A stretch of DNA of 64,000 nucleotides from Octopus sinensis (GCF_006345805.1 NC_043005.1:21514001-21578000), one strand, 5' to 3'. Counted from the first letter of the stretch, positions 35,586-49,809 are shown. The notes: generated from the letters alone by a model not told the origin. Program-made: numbers and translations.

Positions 35586-37829
35586 GTAATGTAAATAGGG
35601 TCTTTCTTTTTGACTCTGCCTCAGTAATTTTGTTTTAGCTTTGAGTTCCAAGTTTATGTCAGAGGAAGTCTGACTTTGTCCATGAAAATTTGCATTGTGT
35701 TTGTAATTGGTAGGAGAGTGAGAGCTAGTTATCCTCAGATCAGAGATGTTTCTAAATGCTTGCAACACAGTGTACTTCATTAAAGATATTTAAGAGCCAG
35801 GTAATGGTAATAATTTGGTTGATGGGTTAAGTCTTCACCAAAGAACAGAAAGTGAGGAAGTGCATTCTCTCCTTCAGGTTTCTGCTAGTCTCTATCCACC
35901 ACTAAATTTCATCCACAATGCATAGTTGTGAATCAGAATTTTAGCAACACAGCCACAAGTCTACAGAATATGATATTCTTGTTAAGTACACTTATTACTT
36001 CCATGAATATACCTCGCCTTAGTTTTGGAGTTTTTCTCTTAATTTTTAACTTAACCTTTCTCGTCCAGTCTTTGTTTCATCCTCTGAAACACTGTACAAT
36101 ACAATGCACTGAATTTTTATTTACTAGAATTCAGCAATCATCCAAAATTTCTGATACTCTAATGGTCCATTCCACCATCCTAAATTGTAATGAAACAAAT
36201 AATAATTATGGTTTCTGATGGAAAAAGAGCCAGTACTTTTGTATAGAAAATTGTTAGTCAGTATCCTTACATCCAATACTGGACTACTGTTTTGTGTTGT
36301 TGACTCACCCCTTACAAGAATGAAATGTAAAGTTAACATGGGCTGGATTTCAACTGCAAACAATAAAATCCTGAATACATCCCATAAAAAATCACTTCCA
36401 AAGCTCTAATTTGTATACATGTATATATTTAATATAAAAATGAGAACGATGATGTGATTTTCTAGAGTGTTGAAGAATCTTTGTCTAAAACTAATTGAAG
36501 AAACCCACTGTCAAAGACCACCATGAACTCCAAGAAGTGCCCTCTCCATTTAATATTCTTTGACCAACAGGTTTTAAGCAGTGTTGGACCCATCCACCCT
36601 CAGGTCACTTTCAATAATTTTCCTTTAGGAGAATATCTTCCTATCCATCCTCATCAACTTTACAAGTGAAACTTTAAAAATACAGATTAGGGATTATCTA
36701 AAGAAGAAAGTCCCTATTGTCAGACCCTTGAATCACATCCATCACACAACTGCTTTTGCTATAGCTAGCAGACAGAGGAAAATGAACTTTTCTACTTGGT
36801 TAAAAGAGGATGTGAGGCAGTCATAATAATGGACTTGAATAACAGCTGGATCTGTCTCACACATGATACCTGCTATTTGACATAAATTTACAAGTCAATA
36901 ATGCCTGGACATTGAACAAGTGCATATAAAATTAATTTGTTCCACTGTGAACATCTTGAACAGCACTGTCTGTTAGAATTTCTATGACTACATTTTATTT
37001 TGGTTTCATAGACCTATTTGATAACACTACCAAGGGCTACAGGAAGTTTCCCATAGTATTCCATGGCCAAGAAGTTCTTTGAAACAAACTTCCCGCCTCA
37101 TTCTCATCAAACCCCAGAATATTGCTGAGAATATCAATGATCTTCCCCTCAATTAATCTTCTATAGATTACATAGCCCAATCAAATTTGATTTGGTGTAC
37201 TTACGATTACATTAGGTAATCTGACTTTCCCATTTTTAAAATTGTGTATGTGATTGAGAGATATTTTGATATTTATTGCATTAATATACAGGCACATTGA
37301 CACAGTTGCTCTTACTGGACGTGGACCACAAGGTTCCATAGAATTTCATGACATAACTGTTTCTCTCACAACTAGCTTATAAGAAAATATAAATACCACC
37401 ACATTGTAATCAATTACGTATTCATTATTTAAGTACATGGCCAAAAATATTTAGAAAAAAGAAATTAGTTTATGTGAAATTCATGTCATTCTGAAGGTCA
37501 CTGTCTATATAAAGTGATCTGAATCAAATCCAGAATGTATTATCAAAAATATTGGTAACATCAGCAATAATTATAAATATTTGTATTGACAATGGATTGA
37601 GAGGATCATCAGAACATCAGACGAAATATGTTGTGGTATTTGTTCTGGCTCTTTGACATTTGAGTTCAACTATATTTTTCCAGTGCCAATAAAATAAAAT
37701 ATCTGTCAAATATAGGAGCCAATTTAATCAATCATCTCCTACCTCAAATTTTTGTTCATTTTGCTTCATTAGAAATTATGGATGTTGTTTTTGTTGTTTA
37801 CATTTATCTCAATCTTACTTTAATTCTAG

Positions 37830-38069
37830 TTACTGAGAGAAAATTTTTGAAAGTAAAAAATGCAATGCTGGATGTACCTGGAAAAACTTTGTGGAGAAAG
37901 AAAAATGTAACAGCAGATGCCTGTGCAGAAAAATGTTCATCTGACACAAATTGTTTATCATTTGAGATAACTAAAGTAAGTGGAAAATGTTACTTATCGA
38001 AAGCAACTGCAGCTTCCAACAAGAAAATAAAAACAGCCAAGAACAGAGATTACTACCAACGAATAGATC
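37830..38069 (+). CDS. Exon B3, PAN/Apple-like domain
   Basis: ttctag|...gatc|gtaatt; 240 nt, phase 1-1; CAEKCSSDTNCLSFEITKVSGKCYLS...RDYYQRID. Confidence 0.87.
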
Positions 38070-38599
38070 GTAATTATTTTTTGTGTTTCTCTTTACCTCA
38101 TTTTCTGAAATTTTTGATCCATTTGTACTTTGTAGTTTATAGAAAACCATTTCTGTAAAGGCATTGATAGCTTTATCTATAGGGACAAACATAAACACAT
38201 TCATGAAATAAGAAATTGTGGGAAAAATACTGTTAAGGCATTCTCATATAGCATTTGTTTATCTTGAAGACTTTTCTGTAATATGTTTTCAATCATTTCA
38301 AAAATAGGTATTTTAGACACATCTTGCAGTATTACAAGGTGTTAGCTAGAATTGGATTTCGTAAGAAGTCAATAAAAAATTAGCATTCTCCACCTCCATA
38401 GTTGAAGGCTGTAAGAAAGAAGAAATGTGAAATGATTTTTTAGTCACTGACCTGCATTATTATTAGGAGTTTTACAAAACATCTATATCAACCAATGAAA
38501 TGGTGCAGGTGCTGAACATTGTGTGGGGACCAAATCACTAGGACTTGCTCTACTCTGTGAGCTGTATTTCCACCTACCAAATATCTTCATTCCTGTCTT

Positions 38600-39600
38600 G
38601 AAAGCCATTCACTGCAATTTGCTGAAGACTGGAAGGATTTGGTGGGAATAGTGGCACACAGAAGATGGAGCAGAACAAGAGGGTTTCCATAGAATATTTC
38701 AGACCCAGAACTCTCTCTACAATATAGAGTTAAAGATTTTGGCAAATGTGCTTGTCAAGATTTTGGCACTTGTAACAATATCCACCTTATGCAAAACATC
38801 ATACATCACATCGAAAAGAGTTCTAGATTTGATGGGGCATTAGATTAGTGAAAAGCATTTGACAAGGTGGACCATTACTACCTAGCAGCTGTCCTAGGAC
38901 CTGTTAAGTTTGGTCCTTTCTTCAGAGGCTGGATCACCACAATGTACATTGGTATCAATTAAATGTGCATATCAAAATATTTAGCATTAGAATATTAGAA
39001 TATTAGCATTAAATGTTTGGTCTGTAAAGGATGCCTTTGCTGCTGAGAATGGAGAGTTTGAGGGTTATCCTACTTGGTATGGGCTACAGGAGGTCCATGT
39101 TGTCTTACATGGACAATATCACTGACAAGGTACTGGACACTTTCTATATGGATGGCTATACTACTGAAAGAGAATCACATACGTGCTACAGCAAATTGGT
39201 GGTCTTGCAACAAGGCACTCGGAGAGGCAAGCTCATGTTGGCCAACGGTTATGTGTGCCTCTAAACTAAGTGTCCAATGGAAGTCCTCAAAATCTGCTTT
39301 GGATCTCTAGGTTGATAATAACTGGATATTTGTTGCAAGCAAGGTGGCCAATCTCACTCAGAAATAATCTGAGAAGCTGTCCCTGAATGGTTGGGCTGAA
39401 GTGATTAAAGTATACATTGCTTTGGTGATGAACTACCATCTGATCATAATACCTCAAGAACGACCTCATCAGACTAGAGTGGATACTTTTCCAACTCTTT
39501 TAGAAGAAACAAGTTCCACTTATCAAAAAATCCATCTGCTGATAACAGCTACCCACAACAGTCTTCTGATGCCATCCTTGGTGGTGCACAGACATGCTTA
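38600..39600 (+). mobile_element. L1/Tx1-clade RT fragment, decayed
   Basis: aaagcatttgacaaggtggaccattactacctagcagctgtc reads KAFDKVDHYYLAAV...FGPFFRGWITTMY. ORF 39031 contains SYMDNIT (degenerate YADD). Confidence 0.7.
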
Positions 39601-39654
39601 AAGGCTAACACATCTGCAGAAATATTTGAACCACTGTGATGGTGAGGACATTAT

Positions 39655-40830
39655 AATCATCATTTAACATCCATTCTTCATGCTGGCATAGGTTGGACAG
39701 TTTAACCAGAGCTGGCCAACTGGAGGGTTGCCCAGGCTCCATTTTGTCTGTTTTGACATGGTTTCTTTCTATAGCTGGATGACCTTCCTAATGTCAACAA
39801 CTTTACAAAGTGTACTTGGTGTTTTAAAGTAACACTATCCCAGGCAGTGTCACATGGCACTGGCATGGGTGCTATTACTTGGCATTGGTACAGGCACTTT
39901 TACATGGCACAGGCATGGGAATTTTAATATGGCACCAGCACAGGCTCTTTTATATGCCACTGGGACGGGTGCTTTTATATGGTATCAGCATGGTTGCTTT
40001 TGCATGGCATTGGCATTGGCATGGGCACTTATCATGGCACCAGCACAGGAACTTTTACACAGCACTGGCACAGGTGCTCTCATGTGGCACTAGCATGGGT
40101 GCTTTTACATGACACCAGCATGGGCGCTTTTATGTGGCACCAGCACAGGCAGATTTGACTGGCACAGATGCTTTTGCATGGCACCAGTACCCATGAGTTC
40201 ACAAGACTGGGACCTCTCAGAGAGAGGGATATAAAAGCTATGCCTGTACATGTGGACAGCCATGTTTTACTTAGCTTGATGTGTCCCCTTAAGCACAGCA
40301 AATTGCCAGAAATCTAGGTCCCTTGTCATCTCCTCCATAAGGCCCAAATTCTGAAGGTCCTTTTACACCACTTAGCCTTACATCTGTGGTTTATCCTTTC
40401 CACACATTCCCTTCACATTTAGAAATCAGTTCTTCTTGATGCAGCTGTACTCATCCATATACATCACATAAACATATCAGTGCAGCCCTCTCACTTGCAC
40501 ACGTCTGATGCTTTGTATACCCAACTTTTCTCTCAAATCACTTGCCCTCTGTTGTACATGAACACTAACATTACTCATCCTTCAGAACATGCTGGCTTAA
40601 TTTTTTTCAAGCTTTCACACATTCTCAGATGTCACAACCCATGTCTCACTGCCATGTAACATACCTATTCATACACAGACACCATACAATCTATCTTTCC
40701 CAATGAGGAAGAGGCTCTATGTTATTAACATAGGTAGTAACTCTCAGAACTTTGCCCAGCCCCATCTTATTCTAGCAACTATGCATTCAGAACTATTTCC
40801 TCCACTCCTAACTTTGTCACCTAAGTAATG
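39655..40830 (-). mobile_element. RTE-clade LINE 3' fragment with ~25-bp minisatellite in the 3' UTR
   Basis: Tail catcatttaacatccatt; RT C-terminal remnants at 40300-40830; repeats of gtgcttttacatggcaccagca at 39850-40190. Confidence 0.8.
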
Positions 40831-41222
40831 TAGATAATACATTTGTACACCCATCTTCTGATGGTGTGCTTTTGTTTAAGATTAAATGATCATCTTTTGC
40901 ACTGTGTTTAGATTCGACAAAAGAACACCATTAGAAAATTAGGCACAAATAGATTTCATGCAACTTAAATTTTGAAACAAGGTTTCAAATGAGCCTGAAG
41001 ATATTCTACATTCACAAAACTCTGACAAAATCGTTATTTTGTGGATCAATTATTTGTTTATAATGCAGGCATGTCCAACCTATGCTTGCATGGAAAATGA
41101 ATGTAAAATGTTTATGATGAAGATGACCATTTAAAACAAATTATGCAACAAATTCTATATAATATTTAATATGTGTATGAATATAAAATATCTTTCTTGT
41201 TTTTCATTTCTTTTTTATCTAG

Positions 41223-41456
41223 CCGATGATGATCTTTTTACTTTTAAAAGAACTGCCATACCAAAGCATAATACATTTGGTCGGATTAAAGGAGTAAGTT
41301 TAAAGGAGTGTGACCGTGCTTGCCTTCAAATTCCAGGATGTAAATCTTATGAGTATCATGAAAAATATAAATTCTGTAATCCATCTAATGAGACTCACCT
41401 GACTTATGACCTTAAACCCAACAAAAATGGATGGGATATACATATCATGAACCCAG
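41223..41456 (+). CDS. Exon C3, PAN/Apple-like domain (type 2)
   Basis: tatctag|...cccag|gtcagt; 234 nt, phase 1-1; CDRACLQIPGCKSYEYHEKYKFCNPS...WDIHIMNP. Confidence 0.87.
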
Positions 41457-43544
41457 GTCAGTGGAGTGTAATTCATTTAATTTTATGTGTGTCTGCATGC
41501 ATGCATGTGTCAGTATGTTTATAAAACACACACACAAATGTACATCAGTTTAAATGAATACTGTAGCTTCTTAGCATCTAGCATATTTATGGTTTGTATA
41601 GAACACTCAAAGGCAAAAATAATAGATCAATAAAATTCATTAGTCAATTTATCACATTCATTTCATTGTATATCAGAATTAATTGAGTAATTTTGTTAAG
41701 ATGACAAATGCTCCAGATTGAATAGCAATGTACATTGCACAATATGTGATGAATAAACTTAGGAATAAAGAAAAAGGGAGAAATACACTTAAGAACAGCA
41801 CATATTTCTGAATCAGAAAAATTCAAACTATAAGTGTAATTACATCATAAAATAATGATATAATATGCTTCATCTTTAGGTATGGCACCACTCAGATGAA
41901 ATCAAGTTCCACATTGAGTATTGATGCAAATATTAAGTGTTTTATGAAATAACTACACTTATGATTTGAATATTTCTGCTTTGGTAATGTGCTGTATTTA
42001 ACTGCATTTCTTCATTATTATTATTGATATGACAGTTTGACCAAGGGAGCCTGACAGAGTAAGAACCAGATTTAAAAATGGGTACTGGATTCAGTTTGTT
42101 ATATGTGTTTTTGTGTATGTGCATGTGACATAATCCCAAATTTAAAAGAGTGGAATAGGTAATGTGTAAGCTACATACATTTCGTAACTAGCTGAAGTTC
42201 ATTACATAAGTATTATATAACAAACTATTTTTATTTATATAAATTGGAAGACAACACACTAGAAATCCACCGCAATCTATCCTTAACATTTTTAAATAAG
42301 ACTCTTAATGCCTGAATACATACCCCCTTATTTCCCAGAATGACACCAATTTTTTCTTTCTCCTTTTCTTCCTACTCTTTGACCCTTAACCACACCCACT
42401 CTATCCATTATTTCAGTTCCACCTTACACCAAGACATTCAGTGCTTTTTTTAAACTTGCTTTTTTTTTGTTATTGACTTTACTATCCATTTAGAATTCCT
42501 CACAGCAATGCAAACTTCATTGAAATAATTTCAACCTGATGACTACCTACATTGTAGAGAGTTCACTATGTAATACTTATGTAATGAGCTTCAGCTAATT
42601 AAGAAACATATGTAGTTTGCATATTACTTGTTCCACTCCTTTAAATTTTGGATTTTATTCACATTTTTAGCAGCATTATTTGCTGGCAGTGAGTTGTATA
42701 GAAACTGTCATTTATCAAACTTTTCTGTAATTTCGATATGGGAAAAAGTATGTAATTTATGATGCCAATAAAATATTATTTTGTTTTATTGTGTACTCTT
42801 CATATTTGTTCTCTAAATTTGTTGTCTATTGCTTGAATCTTACAAACTTCCTACACTTAGATCCCTGGATCACATTTATATTACTCTGTCTCTCTTTTCT
42901 TTCTCTCTCTCTCTTTCTATATATATATATATATAAATACACACATACACAAATATAGTGGCCAGTTTTTCACACATATGATTTGTAAAAAGATTGATTG
43001 AGTACAAAATTGATAGTATTTTCTGACTGAGATATATCATAATCATAATTATCAACATATTATATAGACAAAATGGTGGAGTTTCAGCATAGGTTACATG
43101 CAAAAGTAGAATTTTCTACATTTTGACAGGGTTTTTTCAAATTCTTTTCACCAAGCTCATCAAAATAAAGTATTGTAGCAATTTATGAAAAATGAATTTG
43201 AAAATCTTTGGTTTTCTCTCACCCACCCCTACCCAGGGCCCTGAAGACAGACTTTTATAATTATTTTTCCACTGTGCACATAAAAATGAAGGGGGAAGCA
43301 TTTAAAAAAAATTAAAATGTTGAATTCTATGAAAATCCATGATTTTATAATGTTGAAACAACAGAAATGACCATTATAATTCTTTCCCCACTCCTCTGTA
43401 TTTCAGCACATAATGAAATACAATTTTTAAAAGTTTTCCATTCAACATGAACAGCAAAAAAAAAAACAAAGAATAAATTTATAAACAATAGTGGAAACTT
43501 ATTTATCCCGTATTTATGAAATTGTTTTTGCGTATTTGTGTACA

Positions 43545-43600
<56 letters not shown>

Positions 43601-44749
43601 TGTGTGTGAATATATTCTAGGTCTAATTTTGAAAATAATTTTTACCATTGCAATTTCCATAACTAAATTGTTTTTTTGATTATTTAAATAGAGAAGTGAG
43701 TAATGCTGCATTGATTTGAAGCAAGTATGGGGTGGGGTGTCATTTTCTGGTTTGTCAATAAAAGAGAAGGCAAAAATAGCTATGCAGATTCAAAAATCAA
43801 ATGTAGATGTTTTAAAGGAAAGAATAAAGTCTCTCTCTATCCCTCTTTGTCTCTCTATCTCTATAAAAGGAAACAGCCAACAATCACACTAAGGATGTCT
43901 CAAAACTGGAGGAGCATAGAATTGAGATTATTTCTCAGAAGCTATCTAATATCTGAAAGAGACAACCCAAATAATATAATAACAACATTTATTCTTTGTT
44001 TTTTTTTGCTGTTCATGTTGAATAGAAAACTTTTAAAAATTGTATTTCCTTATGTGCTGAAATACAGAGGAGTGGTGAAAGAGCAATATCTACAGAAGGA
44101 CCACAGCTCAGATTGAGTGAGAAAAAAAATAAGAGCTCATTTGCTCCTATGTTCTCATCAGACTTCACATTAACATCTTTGATGCCATCTTTGAAAATGA
44201 ACTCAAAAAGGATGATAAGGATGGAAACACTGATGTGAGTGAAAGATGTTGCCTTGGCTCTACACACACCCAAGAATGAGAGATTTGCCAGAGAAGGAGA
44301 CAGAAACACTAATAGCCCTACCACTACTAATGTAAACAACTAAGGAGACTCATGGGATAATTAAAGAAAGAGAAAATGAAGAGTAAAGGAAAGTAAATGT
44401 CCCTGAAAACAAGCAGGAACAAAAAAATGATGATACAACTGATAAAAAAAAAAGAACAACTCTCTAACAAGAAGAACAGTGAAAGAAAGACGTAAGTTAG
44501 ACAGCCCATACACGAAGGTATCAATAGTAAAAAAGAAAACAAACATTGGCACAACAAAACCCTGGACAATGGAAACACAAGAAAGAGAGAGCACACAGAA
44601 GTGTGTAAATTCTACATCTGCAGTGTCTGAAAACTGCCATTTCACACTTCCAAAGCTGTGCCAGAGCTGCATAAGGCAGGATATAAACATGCCTCCAAAG
44701 GAACTAAAGGATAAATAAAAATTCCAAAGGGGAAAAAGTCATGAACCAC

Positions 44750-46000
44750 CTGCACTAAAATGAAAATATGCAGATGCAGTCATAAGGACTACAGCTGAGC
44801 AACAATCTTGTTTTCCAAGTTGACATAAGTATTGTGGTCAGAGCAATTAAGTATATCAAGGGTGGAAAAGCAGCTGGTCCATCAGGAATCATTAATATTA
44901 TGCTTAAAATATCTAGCAAATTGGAATACAGGTCAATTACTAAAATAGTCATTCACGTAATAAAAGTAAAATTCTAAACAACGATCGAAATAGTGTTAAC
45001 TGCTACAAACTGCAATAGAGATGCACTAGAGAGAGAAGACCACAGAAGAATCAGATTTTTATTAATGTTATGACAGTGACACAAAGGGTCATTTATTAAG
45101 AACAAGAATAACCTCAATAAGATACAGTTTGGCTTTATAATATGTTCCAAGTGAAACACTTGTTGAAATATTTAGCTAGTAGTGAACCCCTATATTTAGC
45201 ATTGATCAGTGTCACAGGCTCTGTGATTTTGTAGTTACTAAGCAAGGTAGGAATAGATGACTGTCTTATGAGGGCCATACAGTCTTTGGACTGAGATGCA
45301 TTAAGTAAAGTGAGAGTCCCACAATGCATTTTCAGTACCAGTGCTGATACCAACGTTTGAAATACTCTACAGGCTTGCAGAGGAAATTAGCTCCATATAC
45401 AAATCCTTCAAGATCCTGATAACAACTACAAAGTTACACAAAGCAGTGATATTGACAGGCTCTGTACAAGAATGTATGAAGGCCTAGAAACTTGAAATCA
45501 CTGAGAACCTTTGAATGTCATATGTTGAATAGTTTCACACAGACAGCAGCTGGGAAACAAAAGCAACAAAAACAAATACATTAAACTAGTGCTGAAAAGC
45601 AAAGAGAAGGACATTATGTATCTCGGCAGTGATCTCTGCAAGAACCAATCTCTTCATGACCCAAAAGAGCCTGGCTAACATAACTCGAAGAAGTCCTAGA
45701 TGTGAAACACACAGCACACTAAAAAAAAAAGGACTATGCTTGTGTGTATTTCTTGAAGACTTGGAGAAGACAGAAATATTGTCATGAAATGCAGCCTTCT
45801 TGGACTCATGACCACTACATAATGTCACACTTCAAAGCTTATAGGTTTGCTATATGTACTGAATGCACCTCTATCCAAAAGATGTATGGCCCTCATAAGA
45901 CACTCATCTCTTAGCTTGCTTAGTGACTAAAAAATCAAAGAGAATGTGACACTGATTAAGGCCTTCTCTAAGTTGATAAATGCTAAATAACATCACACTT
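44750..46000. mobile_element. Two highly decayed RTE RT fragments in opposite orientations
   Basis: Plus strand ggaaaagcagctggtccatcagga (GKAAGPSG) and KYLASSEPLYLA. Minus strand tatttagcatttatcaacttagagaag (YLAFINLEK). Confidence 0.6.
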
Positions 46001-46909
46001 CGAAGACTATATGTTTGCAATCCAAGGTGATTGCTACAGAATACCCAATAAATATAAGAAGCAGGGAAGCCATTGGAAACTCAAAATGCAACAAGACATG
46101 TCACTTATGTCATATTTCTATGGAAGACATCACAAATCTGATCAGCAACTGCCCAAAAATGTCATCAAGGTACTATTTCCTAATGTGACATGATGTTGTA
46201 ACTACCACAATATACAATGCTATCTGAAAACAAGAATGTTCTGGGATGACTACTGAATATATACACAAGTATCAACACAAGGAGAATTTCTGGAACATTA
46301 CCTTCAACATTTCTAGCAAACTAGATAGTGCTGTTTAGGAGGGATAAGAAAAAGCATATACAGTTATAGACATCAGTTGCCCCACTCATGAACATCTCTT
46401 CAAAAAATTAAAGAGAAAGTGTATAACTATGAACGACTGGTTTGAAACTTCAGCTTTTATACCTACCCTGACTATAAATTCACATTTATACCATTCATAA
46501 TTGGTGCAATTGGTCTTGTGAATAAATGCCTAAGTGAGATTCTGGATGAGTTATGGTTTCCAGAAGAAAGAAATCAACCAGCTAATACACATGTTACAAA
46601 TATAATCTGTAAGTGGAACAGTGAAAATATGCAAGACTTTCATAAAGTTCAGAATATAAATTTGTTTTCATCTCTATTTCAACATTGGAGCTTTGTATCT
46701 TTGTTAAATACCAGCTTCCTTCTTACAGAAAGTCTTCACATAATTAATAAAAGAAGAAAACTACAAACATACATGTGTTTTTATGTGTGAGCAAATTTCT
46801 TCTATTTGATTCATGCAATATGTTTTATTCTAACATTGTTATCTCCTTATTGTCACCCTTCTCCTAACATGCACACATCATTGATATCAATTTTTGTTTT
46901 CAATTCCAG

Positions 46910-47080
46910 TTTACAGCAAAATAAAATGTGGACGACCAAGAAAAATTGCTGGTTTATTGATGTCCTACAATTCCACCACTTATAGATCTGAAGTGACCTA
47001 CACATGTCCAGACGGAGAAGAACTGAAGTCGAAATGTGATAAGGACAAAAAATGGACTTCAGTAGACTCTGTTTGTGAAG
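46910..47080 (+). CDS. Exon A4, Sushi/CCP-like domain
   Basis: ttccag|...gaag|gtaagg; 171 nt, phase 1-1; YSKIKCGRPRKIAGLLMSYNSTTYRSEVTYTCPDGEELKSKCDKDKKWTSVDSVCE. Confidence 0.85.
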
Positions 47081-47675
47081 GTAAGGCAAATAGCTACCTT
47101 CTTGCTGTTTCTGTCTATGTAATTTTGTTTCACTTTTGTGCTAAATGTTTTAGTCAGAAGAGGACTGGCTGACTCTATAGCAACTTCTACATTGATTGTG
47201 GATGGTGTAAGGGAGAAAGAAAGCTATCCTCAGATCAGGGAACTCCTCAAACATAGTGGACATCATTTATTCTACCCAAGTGCCAGGTATTAGATTGGAT
47301 GATGGATTAAGTCCACCAGCCAAATAGGATAAGTGTGGAAATTTCTCCCTCCAGCAAGCTTCCACATAACTTTCATCTACCAAATTTCATCCTTAGTTGT
47401 AGAGCAAATTTTTAACCACAAAACCAAGACTACACCCAGGACCCCAAAGTTGTGAAGTAACCTTCTTAAATTCACAGTCATACCTAAGGGATTCTATGTG
47501 TATCTTCTTTTAATTTCTTTTTCACCAGTACCATGCACCATCATCCAAAACTCTGTTCAGTATAATGTTCTGGGTCCTTCATCACCAGAATTCAACAATC
47601 CTCTGAAATAGTCTTCTAATGCACCACTGATTCTTTCAATCCACCATTCTTAATCATACTTTCTACCATAGACAC

Positions 47676-47998
47676 AAGGCCTAAAATTTGGCAGAATTTG
47701 AACTCAGAATGTAATGACAAATGAAATACCACTAAGCATTTTGCTTGCCAGGCAAATGTTTCTTATTTTTTTAATGCCCACAAGGGGCTAAACATAGAGG
47801 AGACAAACAAAGACAGACAAATGGATTAAGTTGATTACATCGATCCCAGTGTGTAACTGGTACTTAATTTATTGACCCCGAAAGGATGAACGGCAAAGTC
47901 AACTTCGGCGGAATTTGAATTCAGAGCATAATAGCAGACAAAATACTGCTAAACATTTTGCCTAGTGTGCTAACATTTCTGCCAGCTCTCTACCTTAA
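47676..47998 (-). mobile_element. tRNA-derived SINE pair (full copy plus partial copy)
   Basis: Reverse complement of the 31131 family (cccacaaggggctaaaca...ctgccagctc). Confidence 0.85.
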
Positions 47999-48413
47999 AT
48001 AATAATAGCAGTTTTTATTTCATTTTTATTTTTTAGTATATATATTACATAATTTAAATAAGATTAAACTTAAATGTTTGTTAAATAAATACATAAATAA
48101 ATAATTTAATGGATATAGATTAAATTATAGAAATTTAGCTTTACTTAATGTATATTATGTATTTTAAATATTTTGTTTTAATTACCTGTACTTTAATTTT
48201 CCATTAAGGATATATTATAGTTTGTTATTTTCTTCTATAAGCTAAAATATATTTTCATAGATAAAATAAATATTTCAAAGATAAAAAAAATAACGATATA
48301 TTGTTGAATTTTGTTCGATTTTTTATTGTAAAATTACGTATTTATATATATATATATCTTTTCTTATAAGATAATATACATACATTTATTTAATTATTTT
48401 ATTGTTTTTATCT

Positions 48414-48498
48414 TAGACCTGATGAGTGACTTTATTTAAATTGAATTGATTTTATTGTTGTCAATTTGAAAATATAGCCATAAAACATGTGTAGTCTA
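48414..48498 (+). ncRNA. Degenerate type I hammerhead-like motif (probable Penelope terminal remnant)
   Basis: Stem I tagac/gtcta, CTGATGA, long imperfect stem II, aaaac in place of GAAAC, short stem III, GTA site. Confidence 0.45.
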
Positions 48499-48774
48499 CT
48501 GATTATATACTATTTATTTATTTAGTACTTTATGTTTTATCGAATCTTTAATTTTTTCTATATGGTATATTTAAGCATATCATTCTTGAATTGCTTCATG
48601 GTGGTTCTTCTCTAATTTTTATATATATATACAGATATATGTGTATGTGTATGTCTGTGTATATATGTGTCTATAAATATATATATATGTCCCTCTCTCT
48701 CTATATATATATATGTATGTGTGTATATATATACCTTTAAAGGTTAAATTTATAAACATTTTATCCTACATTAA

Positions 48775-48813
<39 letters not shown>

Positions 48814-48989
48814 TATGTATGTATGTAGATAGGTATGTAAGTAGGTAGATAAGAAGGTAGGTATGTAAGTTAGTGCATAGGTTGGAAGATAGATTGGTTC
48901 ATGGGTTGGTTGGTTGGCTGGTTGGTCGGTCAGTTGGTTGGTTGTAATGTGTGAGTGAGGAGCACCATACATAAAGCACTCCCAGAACT

Positions 48990-49620
48990 CAGTTATGCTG
49001 AGGTGGACAGGTTGTCTTAAGAACTTCATATTCTCGGACAAAGCCCTCATTTGTCACCTCTTCTGTGAGGTTCAACATCTAGATTTCAGTTCACTATTTC
49101 ACCTGACACTTTACTGGTTCTTCTTCTTTCATATGTTCATTCCACTTCAAGCAATTGGCACGTCTTTATATAGCTGCCTTCATCCAGACATATCACATGA
49201 CCAAACTATAAGTCTTCTCTCTTGTACATTACATTATTCCTCTTGTGCCTAATTTTTCTGTCAGCACATTTACACTTTCTAGCACATGCAAGCTGGTGTT
49301 GCACATTCTTTGTAACATGCTAGCTTCATTCATCTCTAATCTCTGCAGATCCTTTCTATTCACAGACCACATCTCACTGCCATAATGTATGCTTGTTTTT
49401 ACACAAGCACATACAATCTGCTTTTCACACAAAGAGAGAGATTTTTTGTTGCTAACAAAGGTAATTGCTCTCTGGACTTTTTAATCAAGCAATTATACAT
49501 TCAGAATATCTTCTGCCACTGCTAATTAGGTCACCCACGTAACATACACTGTCTACAACCTCTAGGGCACCTCCTGGAAAATCCAATTCCTGTGCGTTCT
49601 TAATTTTCATTGTTTCTGCT
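48990..49620 (-). mobile_element. RTE-clade RT C-terminal fragment
   Basis: ORF 49229-49432: HYGSEMW...RLEMNEASMLQRMC. Confidence 0.75.
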
Positions 49621-49809
49621 CATCTGACACATACAAAGACCATTTTCTCTGTTAAGCTACCTGTAATTACACTGCCCTTCTGATGTGTGCATATCTTACA
49701 CTGAGTACACCATATGGAATTCCTACCAACACTTTTCCTGCTTATTTAGCAGGGCACACACACATAATATACATGCAACATTCATGTCAGTTTCTATCTT
49801 CAATTTCAG

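Noticed and set aside
42875-44700. Several 60-129 aa ORFs
   Set aside because: Low-complexity or compositionally biased, with no recognisable motif or splice context.
48620-48950. Gradient of tetranucleotide repeats (TATA to TATG to TAGG to TGGT)
   Set aside because: Compound microsatellite drift; the overlapping ORF is low complexity.
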